From: Gammaproteobacteria bacterium
GTDB lineage: Bacteria; Pseudomonadota; Gammaproteobacteria; Pseudomonadales; Azotimanducaceae
Length of the DNA: 63,645 nucleotides
Assembly: GCA_009843635.1 (NCBI GenBank)
Contig: VYDB01000078.1
Location: 1-63,645 of the forward strand
Direction of reading: 5' to 3'
Position numbers and translations under genes: made by a program. This document shows, one piece after another, positions 9,072 through 19,770 of this stretch; position 1 is the first letter of the stretch, and every line of letters starts with the position of its first letter. Under the pieces are notes generated by a model, which ran no database searches, was not told the origin of the DNA, and was given only the letters and a program-made list of their open reading frames with translations.

Positions 9072-10208
9072 TCAGGCTTTCAGGCGAACCAGTTCGTTGA
9101 GTACGCCGTCAAGGCCGCCGTACACGGAGAGACTGCCGACTTTCTCGGTGATCTTCTCCAGCGTCTCCAGTTCCTTCAGGCGCAGCGCCACCGCATTGCT
9201 CTCCATGACCTTGGCCGTGTTGAGCAGCGAGCGGGTCGCATTCGTTTCCTCGCGACGCCGGATTACGTTGGCCTGGGCGGCTTTTTCGGCCTCGACCACC
9301 TTGCCGAGCAGCAACTTCATGTCGCCCGGCAGGATGATGTCCTTCACGCCGACGCCCTCGACCGCGATGCCGATGCCGGCGAACCGGTCCACGACCCGCT
9401 CGGCAACCGCCCGGTCGATGGCTGCCTTGTCCTCCAGCAGCGCATCCAAGGTGCGCGTTCCCACCGCGGCGCGCAGGCCGAACTGGATCTCCTTGTACAG
9501 GTGATCGAGCGGATCCTTCGCCGCACGCACCGCCTTTTCCGCGTCAACATAGCGGTAGGTGGCGGTGAGGTTCACGCGCAGGCTGACCTTGTCGCGAGTC
9601 AGGATTTCCTGGCCCTGAACCTCCAGCGTCTTCACGCGCAGATCCATGACGTCAACCCTGACGCTCGGGCCGCAGTTCCAGAACGCATGCAGGCCGGACT
9701 CGAGCGTACCGGTCAACCTGCCCTCGACATACAGCAGCCCGACATGTCCGTCCGGAACCTCCTGCGAATACAGGGGCCGCCGGCCCAAGCCGAACAGGGT
9801 GTCGAGCGGCCGAAGGCGCTTGGCGAGCTGACCATCGAGTTCGAGACCCTCATCAAGGTCGAACCGCTCAACCCGCGTGGACACCGGACCCTTCCAGTAC
9901 AGGCGACGTTCCGTCGGCGCCACGATCTCGGCTGCCCGCTCGTTGTGATAGACGACCGCCACCTCATTGGCGCCGGTTTCCACCAAGGTGAACAGTTGCT
10001 CGACGATTTCGCGTTGGGCCTCCACCAGGTAATCGACCAGCCGATGCTCGAACAGCGGACTGGCGAGGTCGAAGGTCTCCACCGCGTAGCGCGAGCGCAG
10101 CCCATGGAATCGATAGGTCCCCGGTTCGAGGAACTGGAGGAAGTCTCCGTCCCTGAACAGGAGCCCGCGTTCGTGCTTCAGCACGATGAACTTCTGAGAA
10201 AACAACAT
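9072..10208 (-). CDS. SPFH/band-7 domain protein (stomatin/prohibitin/flotillin superfamily)
   Basis: Translation FIVLKHERGLLFRDGDFLQFLEPGTYRF ... VKTLEVQGQEILTRDKVSLRVNLTATYRYVD ... C-terminal coiled-coil EAEKAAQANVIRRREETNATRSLLNTAKVME. The start is likely at MLFSQKF (ORF extends to 10286). The + strand ORF 9003..10523 is its shadow. Confidence 0.8.
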   Translation of the reverse strand: MLFSQKFIVLKHERGLLFRDGDFLQFLEPGTYRFHGLRSRYAVETFDLASPLFEHRLVDYLVEAQREIVEQLFTLVETGANEVAVVYHNERAAEIVAPTERRLYWKGPVSTRVERFDLDEGLELDGQLAKRLRPLDTLFGLGRRPLYSQEVPDGHVGLLYVEGRLTGTLESGLHAFWNCGPSVRVDVMDLRVKTLEVQGQEILTRDKVSLRVNLTATYRYVDAEKAVRAAKDPLDHLYKEIQFGLRAAVGTRTLDALLEDKAAIDRAVAERVVDRFAGIGIAVEGVGVKDIILPGDMKLLLGKVVEAEKAAQANVIRRREETNATRSLLNTAKVMESNAVALRLKELETLEKITEKVGSLSVYGGLDGVLNELVRLKA

Positions 10209-10589
10209 GTCGCGTTCTCCTTGCCCTTGTTGCCTGCGAATTCGGTCTTCCGCAAGTTGGTAATGCGCCCGTTCCCACAACCGCACGGCGGACCGGCGGT
10301 GCCGGCCGTTCGAACGATCCGCGCACCGGCGCCGGATGATCCCCCGCTCCCGAAAGAGCCGGAGACCCGTGCGACGCCGGCGGGCGATACGCCGGACCGA
10401 CCAGCGCGTCGACCGGGCTTAAGCCCGACCAGCCTCCACCTGCCGGCAATGCGATTGCCGCTCTGCCGAACCCGCCGCTTGCGCGGCCAGCCGCGGCAGC
10501 GCCGGGAACGGGCGCCCATGTGACGCATAGCGCTCGTCACCAGCGTTTTGCACGGTTATCAGCCGTGTAGACCTCTTTGAAGGAAGTCT

Positions 10590-10666
10590 GTGTTGGAATG
10601 CCGGACTCGAACCAGCAACCACCAGTTCCCAGACTGGAGCTCTACCCTATTGAGCTAATTCCCTGC
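10590..10666 (-). tRNA. tRNA-like element, apparently degenerate (Trp/Pro-like cloverleaf with defects). Possible pseudo-tRNA or integration remnant
   Basis: The reverse complement reads AGGGAAT-TA-GCTCAATAGGGTAGAGC-T-CCAGT-CTGGGA-ACTGG-TGGTT-GCTGG-TTCGAGT-CCGGC-ATTCCAA-CA. The D-arm and the T-arm (GGTTCGAGTCC) are canonical. The anticodon loop is only 6 nt, and acceptor positions 1-2/71-72 are A·A mismatches. Confidence 0.45.
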
Positions 10667-10855
10667 ACAGGCCGGGTGCATACAAACCGCTCGATACACA
10701 CCGTGCGATGGGTAGCGTTGGTGCGCCGGGCGGGACTCAATGAACCCGCACCTCAAGAACGCCATACGCCGCCCAGCCTTTCTTTGGACGAAGCAACGTT
10801 CCTCGCCCTTTGCCCCACCCCGGCCACCGGGTGGCGCCTCACCTTTCTTCAGCGC

Positions 10856-10888
10856 AAAAAAAACCCTGGGCGGCAGGCCGACCAGGGC
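10856..10888 (-). terminator. Rho-independent terminator on the minus strand
   Basis: Minus-strand reading gives ccctggtcggcctgccgcccaggg (about 10-bp stem) followed by a 9-T run. On the + strand this is aaaaaaaaa-ccctgggcggcaggccgaccaggg. Confidence 0.5.
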
Positions 10889-11227
10889 TTTCTTGTGCCT
10901 GGAAGGCCAATTCGCGTTGCCTTCCAGGTCCATTGTGGAAGGTCAACGCATTGCCGGCTCGCCGCTACGGACGGATTGGCGGGCAAATCCGCAACACCAA
11001 ATCGAATCGAGCGCCAACGCCCCGCGGCCGCTTTCGCAGGGGCACGGGAGGCGTTCGATCAACGCAGATTTCGCTCTTGTCCGGATCACCGGGTTTTTCC
11101 TCGCAACGCAATCTTCAAAACAGTGGGCGCGGCATTCTATGGATGCTTGGCCGCTTGTCAAACACTTTTTTTTCACCGCTTCGCCTAGCGCCCAGTCATA
11201 CTGCCCTGAAGGCCCACCTCTCCCGAG

Positions 11228-12643
11228 CTAGCGCGGTCCCCGCCCGTACTGGTCATCAAAGCGGACGATGTCATCCTCGCCAAGATAGTCACCCACCTGA
11301 ACCTCAATGAGCTCAAGGGTCCGATCCGCCGGATTGCGCAGGCGGTGCTTCGTGCCCTGGGGGATGTACGTACTCTGGTTTTCGGATAGCGAGAACGTGT
11401 CTTCACCGCATGTGACTTCGGCCACGCCCCGCACCACCACCCAGTGCTCGGCGCGGTGGTGATGCAACTGCAGCGACAAGCTGGCGCCCGGCTTCACCTT
11501 GATGCGCTTGACTTGATAGCGTTCGCCATGCCCAACACCTTCGTAGCTGCCCCAAGGACGAAACACCTCAGTGTGCAGGCTGTGCTCTGAGCGGCCGGAA
11601 TCACGCAACTGCGTCACCAGGGCACCCACGTCCTGAACCCGGCTTCGATCAGCGACCAACACCGCGTCGGCGGTCTCCACGACAACCAAGTGATTGACGC
11701 CGATGGCGCCCACCAAGCGATGGCTCGAATAGACGAAGGTGCGGTCCACATCCAAGGGCAGCACGTCGCCAACGAAGTGGTTGCCGCGCCCATCCGCCCC
11801 GGCAGTCTCCAGCACCGCCTCCCAAGAGCCGATGTCGCTCCACCCGAAGTCCACCGGCAGCACCGCGGCGCGGGCTGTTCGTTCCATCACCGCGACATCG
11901 AATGAGACGTTGGGGCTGCGCAGAAACGCATCGTTCAGGCGAAAGAAGTCGAGGTCCGATTGGCCCTTCTCAACCGATTCGGCAACGGCTGCCGCCATTT
12001 CGGGGCTGTGCGCCTCGATCTCCGCCAAGGCAACTTCCGCATCGACCAGGAACATGCCGCTGTTCCAGAGATGGCGGCCAGAGGCCACGAAAGCGCGGGC
12101 GCGCTCAGCATCAGGTTTTTCGACGAAGGCCTGAACCGGCTGAACGCCCGGCTGGCCGGCAACCGCCAGCTCAATGTAGCCATAGCCCGTTTCCACACGG
12201 GACGGCACGATGCCGAACGTCACCACCGCGCCGCCCTCGCTCGCCTCCTGGGCGGCCTGGACCGCCGCGGCAAAGCCCTCGGCGTCCTCGACCTGGTGGT
12301 CGGCGGGCAGCACCAGCAACTGCGCACCGGCAGCATCGGCCATGGCCAGATGGGCGGCCAGCGCAATGGCTGGCGCGGTGTTGCGGCCCTCTGGCTCCAA
12401 GGCGATGCACTGCCAAGGCAACTCCAGCGCTCGGAGCTGTTCAGCGACCAGAAAGCGGTTGGCCTCATTGCAGACGACAATCGGCGGTCGGCTGGTGACC
12501 CGCGCCGCCCGCAACGCGGTGCTCTGCAGCAGGGAGCGCTCGCCGAACAAGGCATGAAAGGGCTTGGGGAACAGCGCCCTCGACAGCGGCCATAGACGGC
12601 TGCCAACGCCGCCGGCCAACACCACCGGAATGAGGGGTTTCAA
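11228..12643 (-). CDS. manC: Mannose-1-phosphate guanylyltransferase / mannose-6-phosphate isomerase (bifunctional type II PMI-GMP, AlgA/XanB/ManC family)
   Basis: N-terminal nucleotidyltransferase motif MKPLIPVVLAGGVGSRLWPLSR. C-terminal cupin with QLHHHRAEHWVVVRGVAEVT. 471 aa. Confidence 0.9.
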   Translation of the reverse strand: MKPLIPVVLAGGVGSRLWPLSRALFPKPFHALFGERSLLQSTALRAARVTSRPPIVVCNEANRFLVAEQLRALELPWQCIALEPEGRNTAPAIALAAHLAMADAAGAQLLVLPADHQVEDAEGFAAAVQAAQEASEGGAVVTFGIVPSRVETGYGYIELAVAGQPGVQPVQAFVEKPDAERARAFVASGRHLWNSGMFLVDAEVALAEIEAHSPEMAAAVAESVEKGQSDLDFFRLNDAFLRSPNVSFDVAVMERTARAAVLPVDFGWSDIGSWEAVLETAGADGRGNHFVGDVLPLDVDRTFVYSSHRLVGAIGVNHLVVVETADAVLVADRSRVQDVGALVTQLRDSGRSEHSLHTEVFRPWGSYEGVGHGERYQVKRIKVKPGASLSLQLHHHRAEHWVVVRGVAEVTCGEDTFSLSENQSTYIPQGTKHRLRNPADRTLELIEVQVGDYLGEDDIVRFDDQYGRGPR

Positions 12644-12791
12644 GTGGGTTCGCGCCTTGGGACAGAGGCTAGGAGAAAACCGAACGGGGCTGGCGGCATC
12701 TCGGTGGGACCTGTTCGGCAGGGCAGTGCCGCAATTCTAGCATTAGCGCTCACTGGCTGAGTGTTCGGGATGTAGCGACTCCAGCCCCACT

Positions 12792-13133
12792 TCAGGGCGG
12801 CGGCGTTGGCGCCAGCGCCGTGCCGCTCATGTGGCCGATGGCGTCAGCGAGTTCCTGCTCCGAGCAGTCAAAGCACAGCCCCATGGCAGGCATGCCCACC
12901 ATCCCATCGATGGTGGAGCGCAGCAACGCGTCCCGGCCCTTGGCCATGCGGGGCGACCAAGCCTCGGCATCACCCGTCCGGGGCGCTCCGGCCACGCCTG
13001 CCGCATGGCAGGAGAAGCAATAGCGTTGGTAAACGGCAGCACCGGAACGATGAGCCTCTATGGCCGCTTCGCCGCCAGCTTCAGGCGGAGCCGCGTCTTC
13101 CCCGCAGGCGGCAAGGCCAAGGCAGGCAGCGCA
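12792..13133 (-). CDS. c-type cytochrome (class I, c5-like), probably a lipoprotein. The track ORF (12792..13463) is over-extended upstream
   Basis: Heme-binding CFSCHAAG (CxxCH). Signal/lipobox-like LLCAACLGLAAC. C-terminal ...MPAMGLCFDCSEQELADAIGHM. The start codon is unresolved and may be non-ATG. Confidence 0.55.
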   Translation of the reverse strand, partial: CAACLGLAACGEDAAPPEAGGEAAIEAHRSGAAVYQRYCFSCHAAGVAGAPRTGDAEAWSPRMAKGRDALLRSTIDGMVGMPAMGLCFDCSEQELADAIGHMSGTALAPTPPP

Positions 13134-13309
13134 AAGCAGCCAGCCGCGAACCCCCGCCCGAAGCCATGGGAGTCGGCGTTTTCCCGTCCTTCTTCGACGA
13201 AACAAATCCCCAACCTCCCGATGGAAAGTGCTTTCCAAAAGCCCAATCGAGGGCGGGACGTCCTCGCTCCGGAGGGTGACGCCGGGACCGGGGGCCGCAC
13301 GTCCATCGG

Positions 13310-14098
13310 TCATGGCGTCGTCCCGTCGATTGTGAAATCGTCGGCGTCCCGCCAAGCGGGAAACGCGGCCCGGTAAGCGTCCAAGACGGTCTTCTCCAAG
13401 GTGGCCGTGAAGATGCCGCGGCGCTCGCCGGCCTCCAAGAGCGCATCGCCCTCGGGGCCGCACATCACACTACCGCCCGCGTAGCGCACGCCGTTGCCGT
13501 CCTCGCCGAGCACGTTGACGCCCGCCACGAAACTCAAGTTCTCGATGGCTCGGGCTCGGAGCAACGCATCCCAAGCCAACTGCCGGGCTTGCGGCCAGTT
13601 GGCGGCAAACAGCAACAGATCGTAATCGCCCCGATTGCGCAGCCACACCGGAAAACGCAGGTCGTAGCAGACCGCCAAGCTGATTCGCCAGCCCCGGCAT
13701 TCCACGACCACGCGCGCCGTCCCTTCGTCGTAGTGCCGGTGCTCGCCGGCCATGCGGAATCGATGGCGCTTATCGTAAGTGGTGATGCCACCGTCGGCAG
13801 ACGCCCAGATCATGCGGTTGAAAAACTTGCCGCCCTCCTCAATGACCAGGCTCCCGCACAGTGCGCAGCCTAAGCGCTGCGCCCGGTCGCGCATCCACTC
13901 CACCGTAGGGCCGTCCATGGACTCCGCCACTTCGGCTGCACGCATGGTGAACCCGGTCGTGAACATCTCCGGCAGCAGGGCCACGTTGGCGTTCCGCGGC
14001 AGATCCTCAAGCAGGGTGTCAAAGCGCTGCCGATTGCGCGGCGGGTCGTGCCAATGGGTCGGCGTCTGCACCAGGCAGAGGGTGAGGTCATCGGCCAT
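13310..14098 (-). CDS. Carbon-nitrogen hydrolase family protein (nitrilase superfamily, omega-amidase/YafV-like)
   Basis: N-terminal LCLVQTPTHW...ALLPEMFTTGF (E of the catalytic triad). 262 aa. CN-hydrolase pattern with a conserved C in ...LAVCYDLRFP. Confidence 0.85.
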   Translation of the reverse strand: MADDLTLCLVQTPTHWHDPPRNRQRFDTLLEDLPRNANVALLPEMFTTGFTMRAAEVAESMDGPTVEWMRDRAQRLGCALCGSLVIEEGGKFFNRMIWASADGGITTYDKRHRFRMAGEHRHYDEGTARVVVECRGWRISLAVCYDLRFPVWLRNRGDYDLLLFAANWPQARQLAWDALLRARAIENLSFVAGVNVLGEDGNGVRYAGGSVMCGPEGDALLEAGERRGIFTATLEKTVLDAYRAAFPAWRDADDFTIDGTTP

Positions 14099-14101
14099 GG
14101 G

Positions 14102-15290
14102 TCACAGTCCAAGCAGGATTTCGGCGCCTTGGCGCAAGGTGCGGTCGTCCTTGCAGAAGCAGAAGCGCAGCATTTTATGGTCGGCGCCGTCGGCGTAGAA
14201 AATCGATACCGGTATGGACGCGATCTTGGCTTCACGGGTCAGGCGCACCGCCAGCTCGCTGTCGCGCTCGTCGCTGATGCCCTTGTAGCCGAGCAGTTGA
14301 AAGTAGGTGCCCGCACTGGGCGTCAGGCTGAAGCGGCTCCCTTCCAGCAGGGCGCAGAACAGGTCGCGCTTGCGCTGGTAGAAGGCGCCGAGTTCCAAGT
14401 GGTGCTCAGGGTGCGCGTTGAGGAAATCCGCCAAGCCATGCTGCACCGGCGTGTTGGAGGTGAAGGTCACGAATTGATGAATCTTGCGAAACTCCGCGGT
14501 TAGATCCTCCGGGGCAACGCAGTAGCCGATCTTCCAGCCCGTGGTGTGGTAGGTCTTGCCGAACGAAGACACCACGAAGCTCCGCCGCCACAGGTCGGGA
14601 AAGCGGCAAACGCTCTGGTGCGCCTGGCCATCGAAGATGATGTGCTCGTAAACCTCGTCGGAGAGCACGTGGAAGCCGTGTTCAAGGGCCAAGGCTTCAA
14701 GGCAGCGCAAATCGCCGCGGGACCACACCGTGCCGGTCGGGTTGTGCGGCGTATTGAAAATCACCAGCCGGGTTCGCGGCGTGATGGCCCTGCGCACCTG
14801 ATCCCAATCGACGCCGTAAGCGGGCGGCTCAAGCGCAACGTGCCGCGCCACGCCGCCCGACAGCCGCACCCCCGGCTCATAGCTATCGTAGGCCGGATCG
14901 AACAGGATGACCTCGTCACCGGGCCGCACCACCGCGGTGATCGCGCAGAACAACGCTTCCGTAGCGCCAGAGGTCACCGTGATCTGCGTCTCGGGATCCG
15001 CGGGAAGGCCGTAGAGATCAAGCACCTTGCCGGCGACCGCCTCGCGCAAGCCTTGCACACCCGCCATGGGCGGGTACTGGTTGTAGCCGTGGGTCAGGTA
15101 GTGCTGCACCCGCTCCAGCAACTCTGGCGGTCCGTCGAAATCGGGGAAGCCCTGGGACAGGTTCAGGGCGCCCTCTTCCGCAGCCATCGCCGACATCACG
15201 GTGAAGATGGTGGTGCCGACTTCAGGCAGCTTGCTGTCGAAGCTATATGGCGCCGGTTGCTGTGCCAATGCCAAAGGTATCCACCCGTTG
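14102..15290 (-). CDS. PLP-dependent aminotransferase class I/II (methionine aminotransferase YbdL-like)
   Basis: KLPEVGTTIFTVMSAMAAEEGALNLSQGFPDFDGP at the N-terminus closely resembles YbdL/MalY-type aminotransferases. The ORF 14102..15478 is probably over-extended at its 5' end and the exact start is unresolved. Confidence 0.85.
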
Positions 15291-15501
15291 GGAGGGGTGG
15301 CGGATTCTGGCCCACCCGCCCGTTGAATTTCAACGCCAACGCGGATGAACAGAGCCTTCATTGACGCCCTGACCCACAACGGGTTTTGCCCAGACCCCGC
15401 CGGGTTGTTAGCATTCGCGCCCCATCCTGCCCGCACCGCATCCAGTGTCGGTGCGGCCAGGGCGTTCCAAACCGCCAAGATGCAGAAGGACCCATCCAGC
15501 C

Positions 15502-16878
<1,377 letters not shown>

Positions 16879-16899
16879 ACGCAGCAGCCCGCCACAACC

Positions 16900-17757
16900 G
16901 TGGAGCAGAGCCTACAGGACGTCATCCGGCTGCTGGACCTGGAGACCATCGAGAGGAACCACTACCGGGCCACGAGCCCCAACGAGGGCTGGCAGCGAGT
17001 TTACGGCGGGCAGGTCATCGGCCAAGCGCTGGTCGCCGCCTCGCGCACGGTGGAGCCGGGGCGCAATGCCCACTCCCTGCACGGCTACTTTCTGCGTCCT
17101 GGCGAGATGAACACCCCCATCCTCTACACCGTGGACCGGATCAGGGACGGCAAGAGCTTCACCACCCGGCAAGTGGTGGCCATCCAGAACGGCGAAGCCA
17201 TCTTCGCCATGTCCATTTCCTTCCAGATCGAGGAAGCGGGCCTCGCCCATCAGTTCGAGATGCCGGACGCACCGGACCCGGAGACCTTGGATGACGAGGA
17301 GACGGTGCGGGCGCGGCACGCCAAGGATCGGCCACCCGGACAGCCGGAACCCTATGCGCAGCAGCGGCCCATCGAGATCCGCCCGATCAACCCAGTCAAC
17401 ATCTACAAGCCAAGCGCCGGGGCGCCGCGGCAAATGTGCTGGATGCGCGCCCGGGACCAGCTGCCGGACGATGCCCGCTTGCACCAGTGCGTGTTGGCCT
17501 ACCTGTCCGACTGGTCGCTGCTCGACACGGCCACCCTGCCCCATGCGGTGAGTTACTTCGATGACAGCATGCAAGTGGCGAGCCTGGACCACGCCATGTG
17601 GTTCCATCGCCCCTTCCGCGCCGACCATTGGCTGCTCTACGTTCAGGACAGCCCAGTGTCCAGCGGCGCCAGGGGCCTCACGCGGGGGCTGATCTACAGC
17701 CAAGCCGGCGAGTTGGTGGCCTCGGCAACCCAGGAAGGGCTGATTCGCTTGCGATGA
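16900..17757 (+). CDS. tesB: Acyl-CoA thioesterase II
   Basis: MEQSLQDVIRLLDLETIERNHYRATSPNEGWQRVYGGQVIGQALVAA is a classic TesB N-terminus. Double hotdog, 285 aa. Confidence 0.9.
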   Translation: MEQSLQDVIRLLDLETIERNHYRATSPNEGWQRVYGGQVIGQALVAASRTVEPGRNAHSLHGYFLRPGEMNTPILYTVDRIRDGKSFTTRQVVAIQNGEAIFAMSISFQIEEAGLAHQFEMPDAPDPETLDDEETVRARHAKDRPPGQPEPYAQQRPIEIRPINPVNIYKPSAGAPRQMCWMRARDQLPDDARLHQCVLAYLSDWSLLDTATLPHAVSYFDDSMQVASLDHAMWFHRPFRADHWLLYVQDSPVSSGARGLTRGLIYSQAGELVASATQEGLIRLR

Positions 17758-18539
17758 ACGCACTGAGTCGGAGCGCTTTGCCCATCCTGCTAGCCACGCT
17801 GGCGGAACTCGCCCTAGCCACCCAGGATGCGCCCGCTGCCGCTTCGACCCGCTACGCCTATCGGGTCATCGCCAGCCACCCCCACGATCCGGAGGCGTTC
17901 ACCCAAGGGCTGCTGTTCGCGGACGGCAAGCTCTATGAAAGCACCGGCGGCTACGGCCAATCGTCCCTGCGCACCGTCGATCTGGCCAGTGGCCGGGTGC
18001 TGCGGGAGCGCCGCCTGCCGGACAATCGCTTCGGCGAGGGCTTGGCGCTGTTCGGCGGACGGCTCCACCAACTGACCTGGAAGGCCGGCGACGGCTTTAC
18101 GTACGACGCGTCGAGCCTCGCCCCCATCGGTGGGTTCCGCTACGAGGGCGAAGGCTGGGGACTGGCCGCCAACGCGGACAGCCTCGTGATGAGCGACGGC
18201 AGCGCTGAGCTGCGCTTTCTCGACCCCGCCACCTTGACCGAGGTTCGACGCTTGCAGGTGCGCGACGGCATCGAGCCCGTAACGGGCCTAAACGAACTCG
18301 AGTACGTCGAGGGCGACCTGTACGCTAACGTCTGGCCGAGCGACCGGATTGCCATCATCAACCCGGCCAACGGCCAAGTGCGCGGCTGGCTCGACCTCAC
18401 CGGCCTGCTGCCCCTCGTGTTCCGCACCCCGCGCACCGACGTGCTCAACGGCATCGCCTACGACGCCGCCGGCAAGCGGCTATTCGTAACCGGCAAGCTT
18501 TGGCCAAGGCTGTTTCAAATCGAAGTGACCACTCACTGA
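17754..18539 (+). CDS. Glutaminyl-peptide cyclotransferase (bacterial/plant-type glutamine cyclotransferase)
   Basis: Signal-peptide-like MNALSRSALPILLATLAELALA, then HDPEAFTQGLLFADGKLYESTGGYGQSSLR...GEGLALFGGRLHQLTWK...GWGLAANADSLVMSDGSAELRFLDPATL, typical of the beta-propeller QC family. Confidence 0.75.
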   Translation: MNALSRSALPILLATLAELALATQDAPAAASTRYAYRVIASHPHDPEAFTQGLLFADGKLYESTGGYGQSSLRTVDLASGRVLRERRLPDNRFGEGLALFGGRLHQLTWKAGDGFTYDASSLAPIGGFRYEGEGWGLAANADSLVMSDGSAELRFLDPATLTEVRRLQVRDGIEPVTGLNELEYVEGDLYANVWPSDRIAIINPANGQVRGWLDLTGLLPLVFRTPRTDVLNGIAYDAAGKRLFVTGKLWPRLFQIEVTTH

Positions 18540-18585
18540 CGCTGACCTACAATCCCGACCCGCCATCAATGCGAGGGAAACCGAA

Positions 18586-19269
18586 ATGGCGAACAGGCTG
18601 AAAGGCAAGCGCGTCGTCGTGACGCAGGCAGCGGATTTCATGGGGCCCGTGACGGTGGAGGTATTCCAAGAGGAGGGCGCGGAGGTGATCGCCGACACCC
18701 GCTCGCTGGTGACCGCCGAGGCCTGCCGAGCGCTCATCGAGGAAAGCGGCCCGGTAGATGTCCTCGTGGCGAACCTCGCCTCCCCCAACTTCAGTGGCAC
18801 GGCGGTGACCGACATCGCCGACGACGATTGGTGCACGCCGTTCGATCAGCTCGTGCATCCGCTGCACTGGCTTACCCAAGCCGTCCTGCCGTCCATGATC
18901 GAACGGCGCCAAGGCAAGATCGTCGCCTACGGCAGCGCCACCGCGCTGCGCGGCCTGAAAACCCTGTGCGCCTACTCCGCCGCCCGCGCCGCCCAAGTGG
19001 GCTACATCCAGTCGGTGGGCGTGGAAGCGGCGCCGCACAACGTGCAAATCAACCTAATCGCCCAAAACTACGTCGAGAGCGCGGACTACTATCCCCCGGA
19101 ACTCATGGAGAAGCCCTCGTTCGTCGCCTCCCTCAAGCGGCAGGTGCCCGTCGGCAGGCTGGGCACGCCCCGCGAGGATGCGATGTTCGCCCTGTTCCTC
19201 GCCAGCGACGAATGCGGGTTCATGACCGGCCAAGCGTTTCCGTTCGCCGGGGGCTGGGCGCAACGGTAA
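18586..19269 (+). CDS. Short-chain dehydrogenase/reductase (SDR) family oxidoreductase
   Basis: Rossmann start KGKRVVVTQAADFMGP, and YSAARAAQVGYIQSV (catalytic Y-x-x-x-K-like region). 227 aa. Confidence 0.65.
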   Translation: MANRLKGKRVVVTQAADFMGPVTVEVFQEEGAEVIADTRSLVTAEACRALIEESGPVDVLVANLASPNFSGTAVTDIADDDWCTPFDQLVHPLHWLTQAVLPSMIERRQGKIVAYGSATALRGLKTLCAYSAARAAQVGYIQSVGVEAAPHNVQINLIAQNYVESADYYPPELMEKPSFVASLKRQVPVGRLGTPREDAMFALFLASDECGFMTGQAFPFAGGWAQR

Positions 19270-19413
19270 CCGCAGCGGCAGGGACAACATCTCATTTGAT
19301 CCCGGAACAGCCTCACAACAAATGGACCCTTCACAATTCACAAAGAAAGAACTAACTTCAGGAACAGCACCACCACAACCCCAAGCCTTGGCCAAAAGGC
19401 CTTACTGTGAGCC

Positions 19414-19770
19414 ATGAAGGACAAGCCTGCGCCCTCAATCACCATAGCGCCGCACCACGGTCGAGTGCGGGTGTTGTTTGCCGAGGAGACGGTTGCCGAC
19501 AGCAGCAACGCACTGGTGCTGCATGAAGGTCGCTACCCGGCGGTGCTCTACATTCCCCGCTCGGATGCCAACATGGCGCACTATCGGCGTACCGCGCATT
19601 CAACGCACTGCCCGCACAAGGGCGACGCCGCCTATTTTTCGCTCTCGGTGGGCGGACGGACGACCGAGAACGCGGTGTGGACCTATGAAGCGCCGTTCGC
19701 CGGGGTGGGGGAGATCAAGGACCATCTCGCCTTCTACCCCGACCGGGTGGACCGAATCGAAGTGTTGTGA
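19414..19770 (+). CDS. DUF427-domain protein
   Basis: Small 118-aa ORF with ...LHEGRYPAVLYIPRSDANMAHYRRTAHSTHCPHKGDAAYFSL..., characteristic of DUF427. Confidence 0.55.
   Translation: MKDKPAPSITIAPHHGRVRVLFAEETVADSSNALVLHEGRYPAVLYIPRSDANMAHYRRTAHSTHCPHKGDAAYFSLSVGGRTTENAVWTYEAPFAGVGEIKDHLAFYPDRVDRIEVL

Noticed and set aside
9003-10523. 506-aa + strand ORF
   Set aside because: It is entirely antisense to the well-supported SPFH/band-7 gene. The translation is Arg/Ala/Gly/Pro-rich and low in complexity, which is typical of shadow ORFs in a 65%-GC genome.
11902-12606. Multiple ORFs on both strands overlapping manC (e.g. 11960..12595 +, 12220..12606 -)
   Set aside because: manC on the minus strand (11228..12643) has canonical nucleotidyltransferase and cupin motifs. 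The others are out-of-frame or antisense artefacts rich in R/P/A/G.
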